A stretch of DNA of 64,000 nt, from contig OX442314.1 of assembly GCA_949358305.1 (NCBI GenBank), positions 31,744,001 to 31,808,000 on the forward strand, read 5' to 3'. The first letter of the stretch is position 1. Each line of letters opens with the position of its first letter. The notes under the pieces are model-generated. The model made no database searches. It was not told the DNA's origin and saw only the letters and a list, made by a program, of their open reading frames with translations. The position numbers and the translations under genes are program-made. Source of the DNA: Strigamia acuminata. Taxonomy: Eukaryota. This document shows positions 13,211-25,938 of the stretch, piece after piece.

Positions 13211-14290
13211 TGTAAGAATGTATTTTGCTCTTCCTGAGGATTCCGGCGTAATTCGACCAATGAGATCAGTGGGAAATAATTTCATAATTTTTTTCGTTTG
13301 GCATACTGCAATTCTCTTATGTGGTTTCCTCTTCATCTTGCATTTTACACAGGCTTCACAGACACTTTGAACTTTTTTGATTCCTTTTAACCCTAACACT
13401 AATTCTTCTTTCATCATTTGTTCAATTGTCTCGTGACTTATGTGTCCAAATCGCTGATGCCATCTTCTGGTCATGTTTTCAGCTTGATTTGCCTCTTCAG
13501 TATTTAATGCTCCTCCTGTTGCTATGAACTTGTTTATTTTTCTTTCCGCCGTCATCAAAGTAATGATGATCTTCTCATTGCTTACTGTAACTTGCCTTTT
13601 GCGGAATTCGACGACAATATTTTCATCGTCTACTATCTTGGGTACTGACATCAAATATTGCATCCCAGTTCATGAACATGCAATACATCTTTCAATTTTA
13701 ACTCTTGATTCTGTTCATCTTAGTGTCATATTATGTTCCCTTTTCCGATGGCTTTTATTTTTCCATCTTTTTGTTTGCCAATCCAATCTCAATATCGTAT
13801 TCTTCATATTCGCTTATGCTTTCTTTTTCTGTCGTCATGTGACTGGTTGCTCCAGAGTCTATCAGCCATTTTAGCTTGTCGGTGCTCGCTTCTGTTTCTT
13901 CGACACAAAATACTGAAATTTTGGCGCTTTCATCTTCTTTTGTTGCATTATATTGCTTATTTTTTCGTTTCTTTTTTCGTCTTTTATTTTATCCTTTTCT
14001 TCATCTTTTATTTAATATTTTTTTTCATCTGTTATTTAATATTTTTTTTCATCTGTTATTTCATCTTTTTTTTATCTGTTATTCCCTTACACCTTCTGGC
14101 GTATTCACCTTCGTGTTCCCATACAGTCGACGCTGCTTCTGTTCTTGATTGCCCTCTTCCTGCTTGTCATTTTTCGTAGTGTCCTCCTCGACCTCTTCCT
14201 CGCTGGTTGAATTGTGCTTTTAGTTTTTTACACTTAGCAGCCACGTTCCCTGCGCAACTGTTCATGAATCATATTCATATCCAAGTTTGT
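13211..14290 (-). mobile_element. Decayed Copia gag/protease/pre-integrase region (5' part of the interrupted element)
   Basis: WHQRFGH...CEACVKCK pre-integrase zinc finger, DLIGRITPESSGRAKYILT, and an upstream DSGATSH-type protease motif near 13835-13865. Confidence 0.85.
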
Positions 14291-15449
14291 TTTTCCTTCA
14301 AGAGTGGGCGTGCGACAGAACTTTGGCTTCAAAGCTGAAGCGAACGCGGGCTTTGGTTTGCACAACGGTGCTCCTTCCGGGTAATGAAACCTATGGGGTT
14401 TCTACGATTTCGTCAGGCTCCTCAGGAATTGTTGGCAATGGAATATCTCCGCTCATGTGAACGGTTTCACGATTTAGACGGATATCCATACGAATACTCG
14501 CGAAATCCCGATTGATTCTTACGTCTAAATGTGGCGGCGGCTTGGCGAATCCTTCCTTCGGTTTGCGATTGACTGCAATCGCAAACGAGCGTCGACGCTG
14601 TGGAGGACTGGTCTTCACATAATCTTTTTTAGAAAAGATTTTAACTCTTGATGTGGCTTTGTTGTGGCTTGATATTCTAAGCGATGAATCTATTGATTGA
14701 AGTAAACAGCTCTTAACAATACTAAAAGTTTCAATGTAATTTTAGCAGTGTTATTCTGCGGTGTTGTTTGTTCAATGTCTGGAGTCATACTGATCCAAAA
14801 TGAGGATTCTCCTCTCGTTGACAGGATGTAGCATTTCCTGTAGCTCACATTTTCTTGGTTCTCACTAAATTTATAGGGGCTACATCCTGTGAGTCCTGGA
14901 TATTGTTGCAATCCTTTTAGCACTAAATTTCTTTATTACTCCTACTAAATTACACAACTTAAGGATAATCCTTTTAAGTAGTAATTTGGGATTACTACAT
15001 CATCTGAAAATATTTCCTTTGGTTGGGGCCAAGGAATAAAAGTTGTTGTTGTCATCTCTTTATTATCAGCACCTGGGCACTGGCGGGCACAGTAAAAAAA
15101 ATACAACTGCCGGTTGTGCAATGGCGAAGGCAAAGAATTATGCTTGTAACTGTTGTTCGGGCAAGTAAAACCACTTACAAACATGAATCCAGGATCCTAA
15201 ATTAGGTCCCACACCAAAAACTAAAATCTAACAAAGTATATTGCGAAAGAAGGCAAAAATTTGGAAATATATAAGGGAAAAAGCGCAAATAAACAAATTT
15301 GCAAAGTCGTATCTGCGTTTGGAGCCACAGATATGGGAAAACCCCGGACAAAAGTTGACAAAATCGATTACAAAAGTGCGTGAAAAATTTAGAAAATGCA
15401 GCACAAAAATCCAGCGGGTGAAAAATCGTCGGAAATCGCTTTGAAATCA

Positions 15450-15840
15450 TCGTAATTCGGCCGCCTCGTGTTCGCGCTAGTGTAAGAATGCCGAAACGCT
15501 GTGTTACATTGGGTCAGCAACAGCTCAATATCAGTTCCACACAGAAAATAGCTTAAATCTCACGTAATGAGCTAAGCAGAAAGGCGCTATTCCGTACAGT
15601 TGGTACAGACCAGTAATGAGTCTCAATTCTTCCAATATCGCAGATCACACTTTGCAGAGTTGAGCAGAAGTTTGACACGGTTGTGAACAGTTTTGAAGTA
15701 GAATCAAGAGTGCGGGAAGAGTGGGCCAAAACCGTTTGGCTCACTCCAAAATCTGCTCAGTAAAGCTGCGCAGATGACGAGTTGCGTAGAGATCACAGAC
15801 GGCCGCCTTCGGGTTGTGTGCAACAATTGAGCCAGGCACG
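15450..15840. repeat. Dispersed LTR-like repeat, copy 1
   Basis: Highly similar to 28720-29035. It also shares ggccgcctcgtgttcg and cagtaaagctgcgca with 22530-22730. Confidence 0.65.
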
Positions 15841-16440
15841 CGCGAGAGGAGGGGATGCACGCCACAGCGTGATTGGTTGACGCTGTTGCTGGGCCAAAAC
15901 TTGCTGCAAAACACAATACTATTTAGGTAGTATTGTGTCTTGATTTAAACTTGAATAATATATATTTTATTTCAACTTACATTGAAATAGAACATAGGGC
16001 AATATTTGTTCTGGTTATAATATAAATTGTAAATATGGTGCTTGCTCAAATAGGAATATTTGAGGTCACCACAATTTATACTTTTAATCCAATTGTTTTA
16101 AATCTTATTTTCTTTTGTCAAATCTCACATCCTACCCTTCTTAAATAGAATTTTAATTTTTTTTTGTTGAGTTATCTGAGTCTGCAAAATCCAGCGTTTT
16201 ATAGTGCTAACAATATTTCATAATTTATACAATAAAATTTCAATTATAAGTTCTTATTTTAACTGTAGTTCAGTCCAATATTACTCAAGGCCAATCTTAA
16301 TTCTACCATTCCCTTAATACTAAAATCTTAATAATAAACAAGCGTTTGATACATTATAAGCATTAATTCTATTTATAATTCTCGAAAAGTACTCGAGCAG
16401 GTTGGTGTCTCGTCCTTTGAGGTGGATTCTTTTTCTTGCA

Positions 16441-17510
16441 TTAATTTGTCCACTTCTTTGTAGTAATCTTTTGATTTCTTGGTTTTCTTGGTGAACTCTG
16501 TGGTTCCCGAATGTCTGTTTTCTGCCATCTCCCCCAAACCCAATGTATTCCGACATTAACTACTACGAGAAGGACAAGTCCCACGGCAATTCCTGACAAA
16601 ATTTTGTTCCTGGGTAATCTCTCCTTCCAGTTTTTCGCCTTTAGGTCACTTAATTCTTTCTTTACTCTGCCTAGAGCTACACCATCTTTCACATTCCTAT
16701 TCTGTTTTAATTCCTGAATTAATTTTTGAACCACGGTCGTATTTTTCTTTTGTATTAATTCAACCAACACTGCTTTTTCTGATTCGCTAATGATGTGGAT
16801 TGGGTGTGGCAACGTATCATGAAATGTCTCAGCTGATGATCCCTTAAAATGTGAATTTACATAGAATCCTGTCCCTAACATTTGAAACTGATGGTAAATG
16901 TAATGTTCCTGTTCCTGCCATCAATTTCTGAGTGTTTTTCCTATATCTGAGTGTTTTTCGTATATAATGAGTATTCACAACTCCGATATGGATAACGGAG
17001 GACTGCAACGGTGGGATTGCAAGTTTGAAACGGACCTTTCTTACAATTAAAAACCACATATTCATCCAAAAGAATGTATGACTGACTGTCCTCTGACACT
17101 GCAAGGTGGAGAAAACAACAGAAAATCCTGTGCGGTTATCATGTACTAGAATGGTTACAATTCTACAGACATCAAACATTTCGGCCAAAGTTTTTATTGG
17201 CAGCGGTAAACTCAGACGAAGTCTTCCAACACAAGCAATTGAGATAACTTCTAATCCCTCATAATATTTATAAATGTTTTCCTTTGTGGGTGGTGTAATC
17301 AAATGCATTTTTTGAGGTAATTGACGCTTAACTCCTTCCAACACTTCCATAAAGATCTTTTGTTGAAGAAAATGTGGACTCAATTGCCATTGTGTCAAAA
17401 GTTTCAAAGCAACCACTAATCTTTCAATTTCTCGTTAATAGTCGCCTCGAATTGTTTCCAATAAATAAACTTGTGATCTTATCGAGGCTAATTTTTCTAA
17501 TAATAAAGCA
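16441..17510 (-). pseudogene. Retroelement env-like (errantivirus/baculovirus-F-like) glycoprotein fragment, copy 1
   Basis: Frameshifted ORFs with a C-terminal TM helix (ILSGIAVGLVLLVVVNVGIHWVW) and basic tail. Collinear similarity to 19613-20575. The family assignment is inferred. Confidence 0.6.
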
Positions 17511-18029
17511 TGACTAATGGAAAATTTTATCCATATGCAAATTAGGTAATGTAAGCATTTTAGCATAAACATAAATAGGAGACTTTATATAAAATCAAAG
17601 TAAATGTTTTTAATTAAACACTTAATAAAAAGCAAATACAAATCATTTAACTCAAATGTTAAACCTAAATATTTACAAAGATTAATTTGATCTAAGTAAT
17701 GAATAATACTTTAAATTCAAAAGGTTTTCAAAGATGAAGTACATTTGGAAACACTAGAAAATAAACTAAGTTCTTCTAGAAATGCCTGAATTAAAGTAGG
17801 CTTAAATCTGAAGAGGAAGAAGGAGAAAAATCCTAAGTTAAATTATCATAGAAAAAGAATCAAATGTAATGGAATTAGGACTTAGGCCAAGCAATGAAGT
17901 TGCTGGCCCAAGTGGGAGCTGGGTCTGAACTGAGCTCTCTGAGCTCTGCAAACTCTTATATAGTCTCCTATGTCCTTTTCTCGCTACGGTCTTTCTGCCT
18001 TTTCGGATTTTTCATACGGCTCAGAAGAG

Positions 18030-18400
18030 GTTGACGGCAAATTTTCCCTTGCGCGCGATGTGGCCAGGATTCTTGCATCGGTAACATGTCGCCTTGCTGC
18101 GTTCAAATTGCTGGTTTCCCTTTGAAGAAATGTGAATCTTGTTTAGGCGTTCTGAATTTTTTTCGACAATGACCTGTCTCTCTTCTTCCTATTTGATCGT
18201 TTTTGCCTGTCAAATCGTTGTGTGCCGTAAAGTCTGCACATTGTTGTACTCTTTTGTACGCACATCTCGTGCGCACAGAGTCACCTGTACTTGTTTGCAC
18301 GTTGTTGATTTCGGTTCTCGTAATCCAAAAAGTACGATGTTCATTGTGCTGTGTCCCACTTCGCGAGCGTTCAATTCATTCGATAATTTTTCGGTTTTAA
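18030..18400 (-). mobile_element. gag remnant with CCHC zinc knuckle
   Basis: The minus strand near 18050-18095 reads KATCYRCKNPGHIARK. Confidence 0.55.
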
Positions 18401-19612
18401 ATGTTTAGTGACTTCCGCCAACGAAAAAGCATTGTACCGTCTTTCTTTTCACTGTTGGGTAAATAATAAATTACACGCGCATTACTCTTTTTGTTGTTAC
18501 TGTGATGATCCGGTACCGCTCTCGGTGGGTTCGTGATAGCTAATGAAAGCCAACGAAGAAGAAAAAAAAGAAACTTCTTTTTGGGCACAAAGTGCTTTGG
18601 TGTGTTTACTCTGTCAAAGCAAGCAGCAACTGATACAAACTTAATGTTTTGATTTACAAGGAAAACTAATACTCTGTATAACAAAAGAACAATACAACTA
18701 ATGACACACATGATATAATATACTGTAACTAAAAATAAGGGGTCCCATTTAAAACCCCACTAAAGTTTCTTGGATTTCCACTAAAAAGAAAGAAGAAAAA
18801 ATGCGTTCTCGTTCCATTCTCTGCTCAACTATTGTCTTCCTTAGGTTCATTGGAGACACCTCTCCAATGGGTCTGATCGATGGAAAACCCAGACGTTGAT
18901 GTAAAAGGGCCCGACCTCGTCCAACGGGTCTGCTTCGTCCCTCCTGCATCACCCAGACTCTTCGTGGCCATACTATTCCTGGATGAACTGGCATTTCTCC
19001 TGGGTTCCTTCTCTCATACCTGAGATTTATTTGTGTTTCTTGTTGACTAGGTTGGCTCTCTTCGGATTTTAATCTGCAACACTTTCTTAACTTTTTCCTC
19101 TTTTTGTTGATAATGTACTTGCAGCTTCATGATGAACTGCACACACAAATTACTTAGTGATAACAAAAACTTCAAAATCATTAGAGCAATCATCGTGATT
19201 CGTGAATTTTTTTTTGTTGTTGTTGCTCTTTCCCTGGCTCCTGTCCTTTTATAGTATTTTCACAAAATCTCGTATTCTCTCCACTCAGTTCTCATTTCAT
19301 CATTCTCAACTGTCACTAGTTCAATTTTTTTTCAATTAGATTCTTATTTTATATACTTAAAAATAATGTGCATATATTATCTCTAAATACTAACAATGTT
19401 TTCAAATGATTATCAGAAATAAAATTTTTAAAATAGGCATCATGCTGACAATTTTCAGAGCAAAGCAATATTAAGCATAGCAATAGAATATTAAGTTTCA
19501 ATAATTCTTTTTGGAGTTCTTCTTGAACTCTCCCCTCTTTCAATTGTTATTTCGGGGCTACTCTGTCTTCTATCATTATCAATCTCATCTATCTCCTCTA
19601 ATCTAGTATTAT

Positions 19613-20575
19613 CTAAATCAATTTCTCTATTTTACCTTTATTCCTACGCCTCAAGGCCTGATATTTCGCATTCCAATTATTGAATACAATTTTACTAACT
19701 ATAAAAAGCATAACTAATGAAGTTAAAATAATATTTATTATAGACAAAACATGATAGCTAAAATTGTTATGAACGGTGTAACCTAATTCTTCCTCATTCA
19801 TTCTACTCAGCTCTGTTCGTATGTGACTCATGGTCACGCCATCACATTTTGTAAAGTTACTCCCCATATCAGTTATTAGTGATTGGATGACAGATGTGTT
19901 CGCTTTTAATTTTAACTCGGATAAAAGCTTTAATTCTGATTCAAGCAAATAATGTGGCCATAACTGGGATAGAAAAATTTTGCTTTTTGGAATCTAAGGA
20001 AACAGTTGCATAAAAAAAGGAAGGCAACTGAAATCCTTCTCCAATGAGTGTGCAAGAAGGTGGCAAGGTCAAGGTACCGACTCCAACAGCAAGTATTTTT
20101 ATAGTTTTTATACTACCGTATCCTTCTTTTTGAGAACAACTCACTATGACTTTCTGTTCATATGCAATCACGAGCAATTCCACATTTAAAGTGTTTCATT
20201 TTTGAGTATTCACCCTCTGTATATATCCACAACACTTCTTTATTTAACTTAGAAAAAGTTGGCCAATGTCCTAAAATAACTTTTCTTCCACAACTCTTTG
20301 AAATGATATCCATATTCCCTAAGAACAATGCATATTCACAACTTTTATACGGGTATCTTAGAATAGAACCTTCAGGTGAACACACTTGAAATCGATACTT
20401 TTGACATCTTGCCATTGCATATTTATCTAATAGCATATAGGCCTGATTGTCTGCAGAAACAGCTATAAATTTATAAAGGGTTGAATAGTAAATTGAAAAA
20501 CCTGTTTTATTATCAAAAATGGGCAAGGCTAGAATCCTATGAATTTCAAAATGACCTAAGGTGGAGCGAAGTGGA
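19613..20575 (-). pseudogene. Retroelement env-like glycoprotein fragment, copy 2
   Basis: Cys-rich ectodomain (CQKYRFQVC, KSCEYALF, GVGTLTLPPSC), heptad region, TM helix (VLSIINIILTSLVMLFIVSKIV) and basic tail, over three frameshifted ORFs. Confidence 0.65.
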
Positions 20576-20624
20576 ATTTTGACACCTTAGCGTAACCTAT
20601 TAAAAGTGGCGATGGCATAAACTG

Positions 20625-21830
20625 TTACTCCCTCATAATATTGATATTGCGCTTGATGTAGTAGACCCACTTATTCCCCACAATGTTTACATCAGGAGGA
20701 GGTTTTTCAACTTCCTTGTAAATACCTCGCTCACGGAACAGATCAAGCTTTTCCTCCATGGCTTTCTGCCAATAGACACGGTCGGGGCTAGAAATAGCTT
20801 TCTTGTAGGTGCGAGGAACCTGGGCAAACAAGGAATGTGCATACCTTGGTGGTTCGGTAGAATAACAATCCGCAAATGCTTCTTCTTCCGAAGAAGTTGC
20901 AAGAGAAACATTAGGATCTACCGGTGGGGGATCAACCATGCAAACTGGCACATTTCAGGTGCTAAAATCAAAGGAGTCTCGATCGTATGCTAAACGATTA
21001 TCGACACAATATCGCTCGACGTTGCCATGACCCCGCAATCGGGTACGATCTGGTGGGAAAAAATACGCATCGGTGTGGCCCATAGACGCGCCAGACTGCC
21101 AAATCACCTCAGATCGAGTCCACTTGCCCCCCCACAGCCGGAGAACCAGGCGGAGGCTGACGTAGTGGCGAGGCGACATTAGGAGGCGGAGGTGGATGCA
21201 AAGGATGCGCTCGCACCTGTGGTTGCAAAAGCACGGGCGCACCTTGAGGCGGAGGAGCGGGAGGTGGTCCAGGAGGAGGAGCTTGGGGTGCAGGAGCACC
21301 TCGAGGAACAGGAGGCAATTGGTCAGAAATAAAATTCGGCTCAAGCTCAAGGTAGATTCATAACTATCCGGCAAAAGATCCAAAAGCTGGTATGTGACAT
21401 CGGAAACCACAAATGTAACTTTTAAGTCTTTTAAAACTGCACGGGCCTTGGTCACACAGCTTATAAAAACAGACATTTCTTCATTTGGAAGCAATTTCAT
21501 CATAAGAAATTCTCTCCGTAGACGATGGCTGAAAAGACTTTTTCAGCGAAACCCAAGCGTCGCGAGCGGTGTCGGAGGCTAACACAATGTCCTGATATTG
21601 TGGCTCAACGAATAAACCGAGAAAAGCTTTCGCGCGTTTGGAGCGGTCATCGTGAAGCTGTTTTCGAGGCTGATCCCACGTATCGTTTTTAACCGGAGGT
21701 TTGTCCGAGATGAAGTCATCTACTTTTTTTTCCAAGAGTAGGAACTGGATATTCCGTCACCAGGACTCATAATTGTCGGAATTTAGCCGTGGAATCGAGA
21801 AATGATGCGAAGTCGATTTGTCGGATTCTG
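20625..21830 (-). mobile_element. Internally deleted Copia remnant (gag plus start of RT)
   Basis: gag-like segments (DTARDAWVSLKKSF) followed by VPRTYKKAISSPDRVYWQKAMEEKL...IVGNKWVY. Confidence 0.75.
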
Positions 21831-22985
21831 CCATTTCAAAGAGCGGTAATGAAGAGCGGTGTCACTTTGAGAAATGGCCGCAGCGATGAAAAATTTGCAA
21901 TTACGCGCAAGTTAACCGTTGACGATGTTAGAAGCGGATATCCAACAAATGGGCTATACAGGTTACTAGTTAACCCGTCTAAACAGTGGCCGTTTAGGAG
22001 TTGTCGGGAAATAATGGCCCTGTGGCCCCCGGATACCCCACTGTCAAGGATACCCCACTGTCAGGCACGGCGAAAAAATACAATGGTCAGAGTGCAATGA
22101 CCAAGGCAAGGGATCAAATCTGCAAGAATAATCAAATCCTTGCAAAAATAACCCCAGGATCCTACACTGGATCCCCCAAAAAAACTTAAATGTAACAATA
22201 TAATTTCGACAGGGAAGGCGAAAAAATGAGTAAATTGAGAAAAATAAAAGTGTTGGATGAAATAAATCCACTGGAGACTATCTGTTGAGCACACCGGGGT
22301 GCGAAAATCGTTGAAAATCTCGGAAAACGTTCTCAAAATCCTTGGCAGTCGTCAGCCGCTTCGCACTCGTCGTGCGGGAAATTACTCCAAAAAGCGACGA
22401 AAATCTGCAAAATAATATAGAAATGTCATTCAAAAGTTCAACTTCAGTTAATTGGCGATGAAAATCGACAAAAATGTCTGCAAATTTAGTCGAAATCCGT
22501 CGAAAAACGTTGAAAATCGTCTTAACACACGGCCGCCTCGTGTTCGTAAAGGAATTTTGTTGCGCCAAAACCGTAACCCTGGCCAAAGGAAGGGTGGAGT
22601 GTGCCTAGGCACACTTCGGTTCTGCGCACTGATCGTGCGCCGTGAGCTCAATTAGGTGCAGAAGTGTGGCAATCTTGCACCTGCAGGCCTGGCACACTTC
22701 GTATCTGCGCAGTAAAGCTGCGCAATTAGCTTGGTTTGGTGTAACAAAGCATTTTGCTGCACCAAACGGTTAATTAATGAACTCACCCCAGCCAAATTGG
22801 GGTGAAATATGCTAGGGGAGTTTTCCTCCCCTAATTATGTAACTTGGTTTGGCGTGTAAAATATACAACTTCTTATGTGGTGACTTTTTTATTAAATAAA
22901 AAACACTAAAGACACTTCAGGGTCACCACAGCTATTACTAGAATATTTACAACATACATGTACAAATTGTCCTTTCCCAAAAACT

Positions 22986-23440
22986 TTATTCACAAGGATC
23001 CCCCACCCAAGACACTGGGGTAGGAATAGCTCGATTGCTGTTTAGTATCCATGGGTAGTTTGGAACAGTGCCACGACTTGTTTGGTAGGTGTGCGCTGGT
23101 GGTGGAGTCACAATCTGGTCTGATTCGGTTTCTTTGAGTTTCTGTGGAGATATGGTCCATAATAATTCCTCTATTAATGGGCTTGTTTCGTCTGCTGTTT
23201 GTTGTGATGTTATGACTTCATTCGCAATACCTCTGGCCCTCTTTAATCTGTTCACTTGGACGTGTTGTTTTTCTTTATTTAGCAGGGCCTCAATGGTGTA
23301 CATTTACTGGTGAGGTAAATTGAATTACTTTGTAAGGACCCTTCCATCCTTGTGATAACTTCTTGGCCAGTCCTCGTCCGATAACAGGATTGTTTAAGTA
23401 TATATAATCTCCTTCCTTAAAGTCTACTGCCCTAGCATTC
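22986..23440 (-). mobile_element. Gypsy integrase C-terminal remnant
   Basis: WKGPYKV (GPY/F motif) near 23330-23350 and HVQVNRLK. Confidence 0.65.
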
Positions 23441-23449
23441 TTGTATCAA

Positions 23450-23710
23450 CAGTTTCATCTTTCTTCTTTTTTAATTGTGTGAGTTCTGCGAGTAATCTGA
23501 CCTGAATTTGGTTGGTTTTTCCCACCATGTCATTTTTTAACGTTGTTCACAACATTTTTGCATCATCTATATTCGTATATTTCAATATTTGTGGAGTAGA
23601 CATTGAATTTACCATCAATTCGTGAGCAGCTGCATTTTTATCATTCCAAGTATCCCATGCCTTTTCCAATTTATCAAAATCTGCCTCACCTTGTACACCT
23701 CTCGGTGATT
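23450..23710 (-). mobile_element. Copia gag fragment
   Basis: PRGVQGEADFDKLEKAWDTWNDKNAAAHELMVNSM is homologous to the gag fragment at 3063-3386 (GVRGAADYDAKEKLWNEWDDK). Confidence 0.6.
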
Positions 23711-24220
23711 GATCTTGTAATGAGACTGGTTTACTACTTGTATTACAAATTAGTAACAATAAACTCTCATTAATGCCGCAACGGGACTTATCAAAAATAA
23801 CTTTACTTACTAACTCAATCTTAACTTAATCTCTAAGCTAAAAGGTGAGAGAAATAATAACACAATTATTTCTCTAAGGAATTCAGTATTTATTCAGACT
23901 TAGAATAAACTATCGGTTAAATACAATGTTCAATAAAAGATGTTATTTCGTGATATTTGTTATATAAAGACTAATTATTTCGATTAAAGAAATACTCAAT
24001 TAAAACTCTTGAGGGAGGAAAAATAAGGACGATAAATGGAAAATAATATATTAAGTGATCAACTCGACGGCTCCACGTCTCGGAAGCGACGATGGCGTTG
24101 ATTCTACGTTCCCGACGTTCGGCTCGACCTCGTTGAACGCGTATAACAGACTCAATTCCGTGCCTCAAACTCTCGACTGAATCGTCTCGGTGCAATTCGA
24201 CTTCTCGCCGACTCGCTCGC

Positions 24221-25938
24221 TCAATCGGACTCAGTTCCGGCCTGAGCTGCGAAGTGCATTTCTCTTGGGTCATTGCTGTACTGTCCCAGACAGCTGATTG
24301 GGTGACTGATGTCCGGTCGTAATCCCGTCGCGAGATACATGATCGAACCGATCATTTCTTGATACTTCAATTGATCTCCTTTCTTGCTGTCCTTCAATTC
24401 GCTGAGATCCTGGTTTAGATCTATAGGGGTTTTGGGAGAATTACACTTCTCCAGTCCATACTTGGCTAGAAGTTTCTTTATGTAGCCACGTTGCGTCAAC
24501 ACAATCTTGTTCTTCGATTGGTTAACTTCCATGCCCAAAATGAATGCTAACGGTCCCAGATGTTTCAACTCAATATTCTTCAACAATTTTCCCAAGTAAT
24601 GCTTCTTGAATTCTGGTGTCGAAGCCAACGTTACAAAATCATCCACGTAGATGCCAAGAAATAAGAAATTGTTCCTTACAATCAGTAGATATAAGCAGGG
24701 GTCGCAGGCGTTCATACCAACAACGCCCGCTCTGGTGTAGTCCGTAAATGCTCTTGTCAAATTCACAGACATTTTGTCTCCATTCTGTGTCTTATATCCT
24801 TCCGGTTCTTCCATGTATATCCGTTTCTTGAGAAGTCCGTGTAAATACGCCGTAATGACGTCGTGTTGCTTCAATTCAATGCCCCTTTTGGCTGCGATAT
24901 TTAGAAGCATCCGAAATGTCTCCATCTTCATCACAGGTGTATAAGTTTCTTCAAAATCAATTCCCGGGCGTTGAGAACAACCGACAGTCACTAGACGTCT
25001 TTTAAATCTTTCGATGTCCCCATCCTTGTTTGTTTTGATTCGGTAAATTCATTTAGATTTCACTGCAAGTTCTCCTTTCGGTCGATTTACTATTTTCCAC
25101 ACTTTGTGTTTCTTCATCGACGCCATTTCGTCATTCATTGCCTGTTGCCACTGTTTTTTGTGCGGTGACTTCATCGCCTTTTTATACGTCTTTGGCGTCT
25201 CGTAAGTGTGTCAAGCAATGTTGACTTTGGGTTTCTTCCCTTTTGACTCCTCCGTGCGCTTGGGCTTCCTGAAACACGTTGTACTCGCCGTATTCCTATC
25301 TTTTTCGGATAGTTTGCGCTTTCTCTCTGCGGCAGCTGCTGTAGTTGAACCTTTTGGTCGTCCAACTTTGCGTGGTGGCGGTAATTCCTCCTCAGAACTT
25401 GATTCGCTCTCCGATTCTGCTGAGAAATAATCCGGCGTTAGTGTCGGTGTGTCCTCTAATTGCTCATCTTCTGAGGAATCGTGTTCTTGTCCCTCTTGTT
25501 CGACAATCTCTTCTTCTGACTCAGATGAAGGAGTAATGTCAATGTTGACGGTATCTTCCTCATCTTCTGTGAGTAATGAGTTCGGCAACAATTTATATCC
25601 CAAAATCTCTTCCTCAAACTTGACATTTCTTGCTTCTTGAATTCGTTTAGTTTCCGGTATATATTTATCCGATAAGCTTTACTTTTAAGCGAATACCCCA
25701 CAAAAATTCCTACCGTAGTCTTGGGATCCAATTTGGTTTGATGAACTTTCGGTTTTAAGATGTGCGCTTGACATCCGAATCTTCTCATGTACTTGACTGT
25801 TGGAACTCTTTTGGTCCATTGTTGCTCTGGAGTCTTTCTATGGAATGATGACTTGCAATGGTTTCTTCCTAAAATCGCGACATGCAATGCTTCGCCCCAG
25901 AATTGCTTAGGTAACTTCGAATCGAGCAGTAGTGTTCT
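24221..25938 (-). mobile_element. Decayed Copia integrase-RT; its upstream continuation is at 28222-28275
   Basis: LPKQFWGEA, VKYMRRFGC, KLDPKTTVGIFVGY, QRPGIDFEETYTPV, DVITAYLHG and IYVDDF motifs. Confidence 0.9.
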
